The notes beneath the pieces were generated by a model. That model ran no database searches, was not told where the DNA came from, and was given only the letters and a program-made list of their open reading frames with translations. From positions 11,284,001 through 11,348,000 of the forward strand of contig NC_043026.1 of assembly GCF_006345805.1 (NCBI RefSeq): DNA of 64,000 bases. Direction: 5' to 3'. This document shows, one piece after another, positions 38,218 to 50,835 of the stretch. Within the stretch, counting starts at the first letter, position 1. Each line of letters begins with the position of its first letter. Both the position numbers and the translations under genes were made by a program. Origin of the DNA: Octopus sinensis (lineage: Eukaryota).

Positions 38218-38825
38218 GTCACATAAGTCATAAGTCAAGGAGAAGGGGTTCTCACTCAGTAAATATTCCTTTCCTTATTTTACGTTTCAATCTCTCTCTT
38301 TTTCAAACAAACTCAAATGTAGCCCTACTACAAGGTTGTTTAACGTGTTAGATATAGCAGGCATCCCACGAATATATTCTAAGACCTATGGCATATGAGC
38401 CAACCATTCGTAGTAACAAATTCACCTGTGATCATTTTTCTTTTTTCCTTTTTGTTTTGGTTTTCCGATTATGTCGGTATCTCTGGAGAATTTCATTTTA
38501 TAATTTTATATGTCTGGCCCCCGTGTTGGTGGCACGTAAAAGCACCATCCGTTCGTGTCCGTTGCCAGCCTCGCCTGGCCCCCATGCCGGTGACACGTAA
38601 AAGCACCATCCGTTCGTGGCCGTTTGCCAGCTCTGTCTGGCACCTGTGCAGGTGGCACGTAAAAAGCACCCACTACACTCACGGAGTGGTTGGCATTAGG
38701 AAGGGCATCCAGCCGTAGAAACACTGCCAGATCTGACAGGGCCTGATGAAGCCTTCCAGCTTCACAGACCCCAGTTGAACCGTCCAACCCATGCTAGCAT
38801 GGAAAACGGACGCTAAATGATGATG

Positions 38826-38907
38826 ATATATATATATTATATATATATATAATATATATATATATATAATATATATATATATGTATATATATATGTATAT
38901 ATATATG

Positions 38908-38939
<32 letters not shown>

Positions 38940-39029
38940 GTATATATATATATAGTATATATATATATGTATAATATATATATATTATATATATATATAT
39001 TGTATATATATATATGTATAATATATATG

Positions 39030-39061
<32 letters not shown>

Positions 39062-39092
39062 ATATATATATATTATATATATGTATATATAT
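38826..39092. repeat. (TA)n microsatellite
   Basis: Directly visible. Other long TA tracts at about 34711-34803 and 61785-62178. Confidence 0.95.
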
Positions 39093-39481
39093 GTGCGCCG
39101 CAAAGGCATTTTTTCAAAATACGCCAGCCAAGATAAGTTAAAAATTGTCTGAAGTTGTAAGACACCCGCTGTTTTGTCCTGTTATTACTATTCTTGTTTT
39201 TTATTTCTAATTTTTTGTTTCTTGTATTTATATTCGTGTGGCATCCTGACCTTGTTTCGTATACATTCGATCCTTTTTCCAAGAAATCTAATGCTCGTAG
39301 CTTAGTTTTTCTTTGGGGCTGGCCATATCGGAGCGATATCAGGATTACTCAGCCGAAATTGCTAAGATGATCCGGTTCCCGACTGAAGATTAGAGGCTTC
39401 GAATGACCCGTCTGTTTTTTTGTGCCGTCTCTTTGTGTGTTTTTGCGTTCTTGTCCCATTTTGTAATTTATATTTAAGTTC

Positions 39482-39512
<31 letters not shown>

Positions 39513-39592
39513 AGATCGCCATGTTGATTCGCTAGCTTCTGCACGCATTTTTTTTCTCTCCTTGTTTCTCTCCGTGTTTCTTTTCTGTGTAT

Positions 39593-39628
39593 CTTTCTGT
39601 TGAAGAGTGTAGGCTCGAAACGTAAAAG
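39593..39628 (+). ncRNA. Putative minimal hammerhead variant (core CUGUUGA)
   Basis: CTTT-CTGTTGA-A-GAGT(GTAG)GCTC-GAAA-CGT-A-AAAG, with a compensatory stem I pair relative to the 27404 motif; A6>U makes activity uncertain. Confidence 0.4.
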
Positions 39629-39957
39629 ACTTGTTTTATTTATATTCCTGAGCGCCATACTAATACAATTGTTTGTTTGTATTCCACCTGCCTTCGTCTT
39701 TTGTTTATTTTCATAAAGCTTCCCATTATATATATATATAATTAATGTAGGATAACATTTTTTTTTTCAGGAAAAAAATTTTATCAATAGCCAGCATATC
39801 AAAAAATACCTTTAAAGGTTAAATTTATAAATAATTTACAAGATAAGGGCAAAAGAAAAATTCTAATGCCAAATATGCCGAAAAAAAAGACAATAATTGT
39901 CAATAAACCATTATGCGTCTCGAAACAAACCGATAGAAATCTCTAAAAAATTCATTA

Positions 39958-40018
39958 TTACCGTATTGGTCCAATTTCGGGGTTAATTCATAAGAAATTT
40001 TCCCCTCTTCAGCGGCAA
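39958..40018 (-). ncRNA. Type I hammerhead ribozyme with intact catalytic core
   Basis: Minus strand: TTGCCG-CTGAAGA-GGGG(19 nt)CCCC-GAAA-TTGG(A)CCAA-TA-CGGTAA. All core residues, G10.1-C11.1 and A15.1-U16.1 are present, with an AUA cleavage triplet and 6-bp stem I. Confidence 0.7.
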
Positions 40019-40198
40019 ATACGCGAGTGAAATACTTACTCATACCCATGGAAAAAGCAAGCACTAAGTCCCGAAACGAATTTTTTAGAGATTTCTATCG
40101 ATTTGTTTCGAGACACATAAATTATAATGGTTATTGACAATTATTGTCTTTTTTTCGGCATATTTGGCATTAGAATTTTTCTTTTGCCCTTATCTTGT

Positions 40199-40257
<59 letters not shown>

Positions 40258-40456
40258 ATATGTATGTATATATATATATATTCCGCCATAGGAGTGGCTG
40301 TGTGATAAGTAGCTTGTTTACCAACCACATGGTTCTGGATTCAATCTCACTGCGTGGCACCTTGGGCAAGTGTTTTCTGCTATAACCTCGGACTGACCAA
40401 AGCCTTGTGAGTGGATTTGGTAGACGGAAACTGAAAGAAACCCATCGTATATATGA

Positions 40457-40488
<32 letters not shown>

Positions 40489-42152
40489 GTGTGTGTGTGT
40501 TTGTGTGTCTGTGTTTGTCCCCCCAACATCACTTGACAACCGATGTTGGTGTGAATTTAGCTTTGAACGGCCTCTTATGGACTTCCTGTATTAAAAACAG
40601 GAAAAATAGAAAGAGACGAACCTTCACCCAGCCAGTGCGCAATGGGAGTATTTATTGTTTTGGTTTGTCTTTTGTTGTTTTTTTTCATATACTGGTACTT
40701 CTTCTATCGGTCTCTTTTGCCGAACCGTTTCGGGGGACACAAACACTCCAACACCGGTTGTCAAGCGGTAGTGGAGGGACAAATGCAGACACATACACGC
40801 AAACACTCACACACATACGTACACACATATATATGTATGTATGTATATACATACATACATACACACACACACATATATATATATAAAGGTGGCGAGCTGG
40901 CAGAACCGTTAGCATGTCGGGCAAAATGCGTAGCCATATTTTGTCTGCTGTTGCGTTCTGAGTTCAAATTCTGCCGAGGTCAACTTTGCCTTTCATCCTT
41001 TAGGGGTTGATAAAATTAAGTACCAGTTACACACTGGGATCGATGTAATCGACTTAATCCATTTGTCTGTCCTTGTTTGTCTCCTGTATGTTTAACCCCA
41101 TGTGGATAATAAAGAAATAGGTATTTCGCCTGTCGCTACGTTCTGAGTTCAAATATCGCCGAGGTCGACTTTGCCTTTCATCCTTTCGGGGTTGATAAAA
41201 TTAAGTACCAGTTACACACTGGGGGGGTCGATGTAATCGACTTAATCCGTTTGTCTGTCCTTGTTTGTCCCCTGTATGTTTAGCCCCTTGTGGGTAATAA
41301 GGACACACATGAAGGGGAATTTTCCTTGTGTTATTTGTCTTGTACTCTACTTTTTTGTTGTTTAAGAAAAATGTCCAGTTCCTTGGTTTTGTGTTTATGT
41401 TTTCGCTTCTCATTGTGTTCGTGGTTTTTTTTTTGGTGTCCTGTACCCATATATGCATGTATATATACATGTGGAGATAGGTACGTACATATATGTATGT
41501 ATATATGCATATGTTTTATTTATTAATTTTTCATATATATATTTAAGGCTGCACCAGGCTCCGGTCTTATCTGGCAATGTTTCTACAGCTGGTTGGCGTT
41601 AGGAAGGGCATCCAGCTGTAGAAACATTGCCAGATAAGACCGGAGCCTGGTGCAGCCTTCTGGCTTCCCAGATCCCCGGTCGAACCGTCCAACCCATCCT
41701 AGCATGGAGAATGGACGTTAAACGATGATGATGATGATATATATATATATATGACAGGCTTCTTTCAGTTTCCGTCCACCAAATCTGCTCACAAGTCTTT
41801 GGTCGGCCTGAGGCTATAGTAGAAAACACTTGTCCCAGATGCCACGCAGTGGGACTGAACCCATGACCATGTGGTTGGGAAGCAAGCTTCTTACCACATA
41901 GCCACGCCTGCACCTATCATGTATTTAGTAAACGTTTTGATTTTCTCAACCTGAAATCCCACCAACTTTGGTCGGCCTGAGGCTATAGTAGAAGACACTT
42001 GTCCCAGATGCCACACAGTGAGACTGAACCCATGACCATGTGGTTGGGAAGCAAGCTTCTTACCACATAGCCACGCCTGCACCTATCATATATTTAGTAA
42101 ACGTTTTGATTTTCCCAACCTGAAATCCCACCAACTTTTATTAACTCCACAG

Positions 42153-42313
42153 AGATACTCGTCGCTTTTATATAACAAATCACAATCTGTGTTCAGGAGA
42201 CAACGGCTGGCTGGCCATCGACGATGGCCCATTTTACTGTTCGTATGAAAAAGGAAAGCACTACCCTTTAATCCGTTATTCTGGTACAAAATCTAAAGTC
42301 ACATGGAGCCAGG
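42153..42313 (+). CDS. Exon 4 of putative secreted protein
   Basis: CCACAG acceptor and GTAAGT donor, phase 2 to 1; reads DTRRFYITNHNLCSGDNGWLAIDDGPFYCSYEKGKHYPLIRYSGTKSKVTWSQ (not in the ORF track). Confidence 0.78.
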
Positions 42314-42374
42314 GTAAGTATATTGTGCTTTATCTCGTGCACCAGTGTCTGTTTTAACATCAGTAGAAGTACTA

Positions 42375-43516
42375 GTGTGGAGGCGCAATGGCCCAGTGGT
42401 TAGGGCAGCGGACTCGCGGTCATAGGATCGCGGTTTCGATTCCCAGACCGGGCGTTGTGAGTGTTTATTGAGCGAAAACACCTAAAAGTTCCACAAGGCT
42501 CCGGCAGGGGATGGTGGTGATCCCTGCTGTACTCTTTCACCACAACTTTCTCTCACTCTTACTTCCTGTTTCTGTTGTACATGTATTTTCAAAGGGCCGG
42601 CCTTGTCACGCTGAATATCCCCGAGAACTACGTTAAGGGTGCACGTGTCTGTGGAGTGCTCAGCCACTCGTTGTGAGTGTTTATTGAGCGAAAACACCTA
42701 AAAGTTCCACGAGGCTCCGGCAGGGGATGGTGGTGATCCCTGCTGTACTCTTTCACCACAACTTTCTCTCACTCTTACTTCCTGTTTCTGTTGTACCTGT
42801 ATTTCAAAGGGCCGGCCTTGTCACTCTCTGTGTCAGGCTGAATATCCCCGAGAACTACGTTAAGGGTGCACGTGTCTGTGGAGTGCTCAGCCACTTACAC
42901 GTTAATTTCATGAGCAGGCTGTTCCGTTGATTCAGATCAACCGGAACCCTCGTCGTCGTAACCGACGGAGTGCTTCCATCCGAGGCTCCGGCAGGGGATG
43001 GTGGTGATCCCTGCTGTACTCTTTCACCACAACTTTCTCTCACTCTTACTTCCTGTTTCTGTTGTACCTGTATTTCAAAGGGCCGGCCTTGTCACTCTCT
43101 GTGTCACGCTGAATATCCCCGAGAACTACGTTAAGGGTGCACGTGTCTGTGGAGTGCTCAGCCACTTACACGTTAATTTCATGAGCAGGCTGTTCCATTG
43201 ATTCGGATCAACCGGAACCCTCGTCGTCATAACCGACGGAGTGCTTCCATCTGAGGCTCCGGCAGGGGATGGTGGTGATCCCTGCTGTACTCTTTCACCA
43301 CAACTTTCTCTCACTCTTACTTCCTGTTTCTGTTGTACCTGTATTTCAAAGGGCCGGCCTTGTCACTCTCTGTGTCACGCTGAATATCCCCGAGAACTAC
43401 GTTAAGGGTGCACGTGTCTGTGGAGTGCTCAGCCACTTACACGTTAATTTCACGAGCAGGCTGTTCCATTGATTCGGATCAACCGGAACCCTCGTCGTCG
43501 TAACCGACGGAGCGCT
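42375..43516 (+). mobile_element. tRNA-derived SINE family D: one head followed by tandem 271-bp bodies
   Basis: Head GGCGCAATGGCCCAGTGGTTAGGGCAGCGG...GGTTTCGATTCCC; bodies recur every 271 bp. A single copy is at 48663-49030(-), a second array at 49884-50800, and related copies at 43742-43985 and 47075-47395. Confidence 0.85.
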
Positions 43517-45029
43517 AAAAGAGAAAAGAGAGAGAAGTACTGGTGGTGGTGGTGGTGGTGGTGGTTGTAGTAGTATAAGTAGTAGTAGTAGTAGTAGTAC
43601 TAGTAAGACCAGAAATTTGGATGCGGGGTATTTATTCGAGTCTAGGACATTTTACCTCTCCATGGACAATCGCCCTCCCCCCCAGGAAAATTATCCCTGA
43701 AGACAACAGATGATGATTTAAAACGTCTTAATATGTTGGAAAGGAGGCACATGGCCTAGAGGTTAGAGCAGCGGACTCGCAGTCGAGGGATCGCAGACTG
43801 GGCGATGTGTGTGTTCATGAGCGAAAACACCTAAGGTCCACGAGGCTCCGGCGGAAGGTAATGACAAAATTCTGCTGACTCTTTCGCCACAACTTTCTCT
43901 CAATCGTCCAGGTGGGGAACCTATACGCCAAGGAAGCCGGGAAGCCGACCCTTATGAGACAGGCATGGCTCGAGAAGGAACAAACAACAGCAGTATATTG
44001 GAGAGGGCTAATTAACATAGCTAATTAACATAGGTGGTAATTGTCCTAGGGGGCAGTTGTCGTCGGCAGCGGGGTAATTGTCCAGATAAGTTTTTTTCAA
44101 TTAAATCGATAGATCCATTGAGTCAAGTACACCAACATCAAAATCAATGGAAACTGCAGTTGTGATCGGTGTGCCGGCGGCACGTAAAAGGCACCATCTG
44201 AACGTGGCCGATGCCAGTACCGCCTTGACCGGCCTCCGTGCCGGTGGCACGTAAAAAGCACCATCCGAACCGTGGCTGATGCCAGCACCGCCTCGACTGG
44301 CCTCCGTGCCGGTGGCACGTAAAATGCACCAATCCGATCGTGGCCGTTGCCAGCCTCGCCTGGCACCTGTGCAGGTGGCACATAAAAAGCACCCACTACA
44401 CTCACGGAGTGGTTGGCGTTAGGAAGGGCATCCAGCTGTAGAAACATTGCCAGATAAGACTGGAGCCTGGTGCAGCCTTCTGGCTTCCCAGATCCCCGGT
44501 CGAACCGTCCAACCCATGCTAGCATGGAGAACACGATGATGATGATGATGAACGAAAATTCATGGATTTGAACTCAGGACTAAAATAACCGGAAAAATAC
44601 AGCGAGACACTTTAACTGATTCTCCAACGAATACTTCACTCAACTGACCTTAATACAGGGGTGGGGTGCTGAAAAGACCCTGGTTTTAAGGGGGTCGCAA
44701 AAGGGCTGGTTGGAGGCCCAACCTTCCGAGTTCTTTCACAACGGGGTCAAAATAGCCGAAGATGGTTGTTATCTAACACGAGATCATTTCTAATATATCT
44801 CTCAAACAGCGAGGATATCAGCTGAAAGGGAAAGTCGACCTCAGTGGAATTTGAACTCAGAGCGTAAAGATGGACAAAACGCCGCTAAGCTTTTCGCCCT
44901 GCATGATGGTGATTCTTTAAGATCGCCGTCATTAGAATTATTGATGATAATATTATCCATTACTGATATTACCGTTGTTATATTTGCTGTTCTTGTTGTC
45001 ATTGTTGTTGTTGTTTTTATTCATTCCAG

Positions 45030-45079
45030 GATATAGTACTGGTGATGCCATAAGCATCTTCATCCGCTTAAAAACCTAA
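45030..45079 (+). CDS. Exon 5 (terminal) of putative secreted protein
   Basis: TTCCAG acceptor, phase 1; reads GYSTGDAISIFIRLKT*; AATAAA at 45166. The five exons total 888 nt (295 aa + stop). Confidence 0.7.
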
Positions 45080-46593
45080 CTAACCAATCAAAAGATTTCC
45101 TGCAATTGACGTCCATCTCTACAAGGTGACCACCACCACTGATCATGATTTAAGAATTACAAGTTAATAAAAACCTCACATTGTAGCTACTAACAGTGAC
45201 TTTTTGTTGTGATTCTTTTTCTTTATTTTTCCTCTTTCAAGAGAAAGACAGAATTGTTGTTGCCCTTTGTGTCGTATGTACTAGCGTAAATATATTATTT
45301 ATGTGTGGTGGCACGTAAAAAGCACCATCCGAATCGTGGCCGATGTCAGCGCTGCCTTGACTGGCTTCCGTGCTGGTGGCACGTAAAATGCACCAATCCG
45401 ATCGTGGCAGATGTCAGCGCCGCCTTGACTGGCTTCCGTGCTGGTGGCACGTAAAATGCACCATCCGAATCGTGGCCGATGTCAGCGCCGCCTTGACTGG
45501 CTTCCGTGCTGGTGGCACGTAAAATGCATCATCCGAATCGTGGCCGATGTCAGCGCCGCCTTGACTGGCTTCCGTGCTGGTGGCACGTAAAATGCACCAA
45601 TCCGATCGTGGCCGTTGCCAGCGCCGCCTTGACTGGCTTCCGTGCTGGTGGCACGTAAAATGCACCAATCCGATCGTGGTCGTTTGCCAGCCTCCCCTGG
45701 CACCTGTGCCGGTGGCACGTAAAAAGCACCTACTACACTCACGGAGTGGTTGGCGTTAGGAAGGGCATCCAGCTCTAGAAACACTGCCAGATCAGACTGG
45801 AGCCTGGTGCAGCCTTCTGGCTTCCCAGATCCCCGGTCGAACTGTCCAACCCATGCTAGCATGGAGAATGGACGTTAAACGATGATGATGATGTGCATGT
45901 GTGTGCACGCATGTGTAATATAGTCAGTTAAGCATAACACATTCTTATTTCGAGTTTCATACATGAAACCAAATCATTTTTTAGACTAACCAGTGTCTCC
46001 ATTACTTTTCCGTTAAGTATCATTATATAGGTAGAAAACCCTGTTTCTTAGACATCCTTGAATGCTTTAGCATCGAGATTCCCTTTTATATATATGAGCA
46101 CCAACAATTTGACCTCTCTGAAGTCCGATAGATCTGTAGTGGATTTTGCAAGCATGAAGTGGATTCGATCTACCATAGCCAAATTTAAATTAACACTGCA
46201 ACAGAACTTTTCCCACGATGGAACAATGGGTTTTCTCTGACAGCAGTTTTACATTTTCCAGATGCCTTTAGCTAGGCCGAAATAATGTCTTCACCACTCG
46301 ACCCTTTCTAACCTCTTCTACTCCACCAAAAGCTAGAATAGAGATAACAAGACCACCAACTAAATCTATTGTTCTCAATGATATATCTATCCTTCTAGAT
46401 AGTTGTATAAGCAAGCACACATAGGCACAGGAGTGGCTGTGTGGTAAGTAGCTTGCTAACCAACCACATGGTTGCGGGTTCAGTCCCACTGCGTGGCATC
46501 TTGGGCAGTGTCTTCTGCTATAGCCCCGGGCTGACCAATGCCTTGTGAGTGGATTTGGTAGACGGAAACTGAAAGAAGCCTGTCGTATATATG

Positions 46594-46624
<31 letters not shown>

Positions 46625-49600
46625 TTGTGTGTCTGTGTTTGTCCTCCTAGCATTGCTTGACAACCGATGCTGGTGTGTCTACGTCCCCGCCACTTAGCGG
46701 TTCGGCAAAAGAGACCGATAGAATAAGTACTGGGCTTACAAAGAATAAATTCCGGGGTCAATTTGATCAACTAAAGGCGGTGCTCCAGCATGGCCGCAGT
46801 CAAATGACTGAAACAAGTAAAAGAGTAAAAAGAATACACCAAGCAAAAATCAGTCAGTCACTTCGGTGATGACTCAAGCAAGTAGTCACTTGGCGACAAC
46901 TGAACGAGGCAGCTCGTGGCGACTCAATTAGTTAGGGAACGGACTGCTAGAATCATGATCACAAGGACTACCTCTACTAAGTTTAATGGTCAGCGAGAGA
47001 AATGAAAATTACTGTCAGCAACTGTGAGTGAACACCCTACCATTCTCTCTTCCTCTAATTCTGTTCTCTTGTGAGGGCGCGTGGCTTAGTGGTTAGGGCA
47101 TTCGGCTCATGATCGTAAGGTTGTGAATTCGATTCCCGGCGACGCATTGTGTCCTTGAGCAAGACACTTTATTTCACGTTGCTCCAGTCCACTCAGCTGG
47201 CAAAAATGAGTTGTACTTGTATTTCAAAGGGTCAGCCTTGTCACTCTCTGTGTCACGCTGATTATCCCCGAGAACTACGTTAAGGGTACACGTGTCTGTG
47301 GAATGCTCAGCCATTTGCACGTTAATTTCACGAGCAAGCTGTTCCGTTGATCGTATCAGCTGGGACCCTCGTCGTCGTAACCGGCGGAGTCTTTTAAAAT
47401 TCTGTTCTCTTACAACAACATTCTATCGCTATCTGTGGATTACCACTAACTATTCATATACGCCAAACTATGTAAGGAAACATTCTACCGCAACTAACTT
47501 TCTTTCGCATGCTCTTGGATTGATCATAACCTGCCCGTCGAGGCAAAGTATTGTAACGTAACGGTAAATAAATACTTTCTTAAAACTTCATGCATTGTTC
47601 ATCTTTCACATCCTATAGTATGCAATTATAACAACAAATTCTTATCGTCACAACAGCTGACTCCGACATTTCATAATATTGTTTAGTAATCAATTTCTGT
47701 CGTTAGAGATCTGTCATTTTAATGGATTTTAATTACCTTTTTTTGATGATATCTGAAAAGAAGCAGCAATTTTAGCAAAACATATTAAGCAACACTAATA
47801 ATAAATTTTCAAAAGCTTAAAAATTAACAAGCGTTCGACAGTTTTATAGATATTTCAAAATTATGATGCTATGATGCTAGGTATTTCCATTATTTTTGTC
47901 CAACCCCTGCATATATATATATATATATATATAAAGTTAATCCAAACATGAAAGCACAAAAAAACACAACAACGCGAGGACGTGGAACAAATATAGTATT
48001 ATTGGACGCTTAGGAAAGAAGGATGGTTTAACGTTTCGAGCAGGGCTCTTCGTCGGAAACATAGGAGAAGGAAAGATCCAGAGAAAGGAAGACAGAGGAA
48101 AAAAAATCGCCAATGATATATTTTTTTTTTTTTAAATTTTATTTTATCTAGTTTCAGCTCACGAGCTGTGGCCATGCTGGGGCACCACCATTATATATAT
48201 ATATAAATTTAAAAAAAACACCTTTTATCAATTTAATAATGAAAAATTAAATTACATATTATAGAAAGATTAAATGTAAAATAAAACATATAACGATGAT
48301 TAACCCCTTACCCGGCAGAAACGAATATATGCGTTTTGACCGAAATCGTTTTTTTCTATCTCTGGCGAGTTAACTCGTCAAAAGATAGACTCGCCAAAAT
48401 TGACAGCAAACGAGTTCCTTCGTCTATTATAAACTCTTTTTTGACATATACGAGTATATTCGCTCACTTTATACGTCTGGCAGTGACAATGAGTCCTTTT
48501 GATTTTTTTTCTTTGTATATAGATGAAAGAGTTATAGAGCAGGTATTGACTGAAACTAATAATAAATATGTCTGAAAAAATACATTTATTTTCAAAATAA
48601 TTGTTGGGTAAGGGGTTAAGTAAAGTGCAAAAGAATAAATAAAACATAAGTTGCTTAATGGAATGGAAGCACTCCGTCGGTTACGACGACGAGGGTTCCG
48701 GTTGATCCGAATCAATGGAACAGCCTGCTCGTGAAATTAACGTGTAAGTGGCCGAGCACTCCACAGACACGTGTACCCTTAACGTAGTTCTCGGGGATAT
48801 TCGGCGTGACACAGAGAGTGACAAGGCCGGCCCTTTGAAATACAGGTACAACAGAAACAGGAAGTAAGAGTGAGAGAAAGTTGTGGTGAAAGAGTATAGC
48901 AGGGATCACCACCACCCCCTGCCGGAGCCTCGTGGGGCTTTAGGTGTTTTCGCTCAATAAACACTCACAACTCCCGATCTGGGAATCGAAACCGCGATCC
49001 TACGACCGCGAGTTCGTTGCCCTAACTACTGGGCCATTGCGCCTCCACCATAAGTTGCTTACAGGTTTAGTGAACAGCAATAATTCGAAATCTTTTGATT
49101 TTACAAGACAGACATCTATATATATATAACTCTAGTTGTGTGAGTGTCTGTCCCCTTCGATTTAGATTCCTAACTACTCCCACATTTTGCGGTGCAGTTT
49201 AACCAAATTCGGGTATCTTATAGTCGTGATTAATATCGAGCCCGTCTGGCTATTAGCACGCGTCTACGATGAGTCTACGATTTAAAAAATAATTTAACAT
49301 CATTTTTTATTCCATTTTAACGCATAATTTTTTGTGCGTCGATGGCGGCGGAGTTGGCGTCCATGGTCACACCTGCACCTGTGTTTGCTTCTCCTCCTTC
49401 CCTCCCTCGTGAAGCTGTGGGGAAGGGAGTGTAAGGAAATCAACGTCGTAATGCGTTGTCAAGGAGACCAGCGTTCTTTTAGAACAACGACTTCATGGCT
49501 TGAAGACACCAAAACAGAAATGGCTAAGAAAGCCCGAGTTGGCATCTATAAGGGAAGTAACTCTCTAAAAATGCTTATATAGTTATTTCCCTTACAAACC

Positions 49601-49684
49601 CGAGCAACGCCGGGGGATACTGCTAGTTGATACTAATTCAATTCTCCACTACATTATCTGAAATCAGTGATCAAACAGATTTAA

Positions 49685-50835
49685 CCCTTTAGCATTTAAA
49701 CTGGCCATATCCGGCCCAAATTTTCTACTGCTTTTATGTTAAAACCATCCAGATCTGGCTTCTCACACAAGCCCTACTATGTCATTCTAAAACTGAATAG
49801 TTACTTCATCAAATTCTCAGAACTACAAGATAATGCAGAATTAATTCAAAACAATGTGAATGAAAAAGCTTTATATTTGGCAGTGTGGAGGCGCAATGGC
49901 CCAGTGGTTAGGGCAGCGGACTCGTGGTCGTGGGATCGCGGTTTCGATTCCCAGACCGGGCGTTGTGAGTGTTTATTGAGCGAAAACACCTAAAAGCTCC
50001 ACGAGGTGGTGGCGATCCCTGCTGTACTCTTTCACCACAACTTTCTCTCACTCTTACTTCCTGTTTCTGTTGTACCTGTATTTCAAGGGGCCGGCCTTGT
50101 CACTCTCTCTGTCACGCTGAATATCCCCGAGAACTACGTTAAGGGTGTACGTGTCTGTGAGTGCTCAGCCACTTACACGTTAATTTCATGAGCAGGCTGT
50201 TCCGTTGATTCGATCAACCGGAACCCTCGTCATCGTAACCGACTGAGTGCTTCCATCCGAGGCTCCGCAGGGGATGGTGGTGATCCCTGCTGTACTCTTT
50301 CACCACACTTTCTCTCACTCTTACTTCCTGTTTCTGTTGTACCTTGTATTTCAAAGGGGCCGGCCTTGTCACTCTCTCTGTCACGCTGAATATCCCCGAG
50401 AACTACGTTAAGGGTGTACGTGTCTGTGGAGTGCTCAGCCACTTACACGTTAATTTCATGAGCAGGCTGTTCCGTTGATTCGGATCAACCGGAACCCTCG
50501 TCGTCGTAACCGACTGAGTGCTTCCATCCGAGGCTCCGGCAGGGGATGGTGGTGATCCCTGCTGTACTCTTTCACCACAACTTTCTCTCACTCTTACTTC
50601 CTGTTTCTGTTGTACCTTGTATTTCAAAGGGGCCGGCCTTGTCACTCTCTCTGTCACGCTGAATATCCCCGAGAACTACGTTAAGGGTGTACGTGTCTGT
50701 GGAGTGCTCAGCCACTTACACGTTAATTTCATGAGCAGGCTGTTCCGTTGATTCGGATCAACCAGAACCCTCGTCGTCGTAACCGACAGAGTGCTTCCAT
50801 TCCATATTTGGCAGAGTAATCTGAACGCTAAAGGG
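49685..50835. mobile_element. piggyBac-like MITE interrupted by a family D SINE array
   Basis: TTAA-CCCTTTAGC ... GCTAAAGGG-TTAA ends. The SINE insert 49884-50800 has an 11-bp TSD ATATTTGGCAG. Related pieces at about 23075-23315, 25330-25520 and 62652-62853. Confidence 0.75.

Noticed and set aside
39371-39402. CTGAAGA...GAAT motif (and the related 21323 motif; also CTGATGA...GAAAC at about 60781-60807 minus)
   Set aside because: Core or stems are broken; at best decayed relics.
47075-47150. tRNA genes (also 34640-34711 and 42380-42450)
   Set aside because: A/B boxes are present but there is no complete cloverleaf, and each runs straight into a SINE body.
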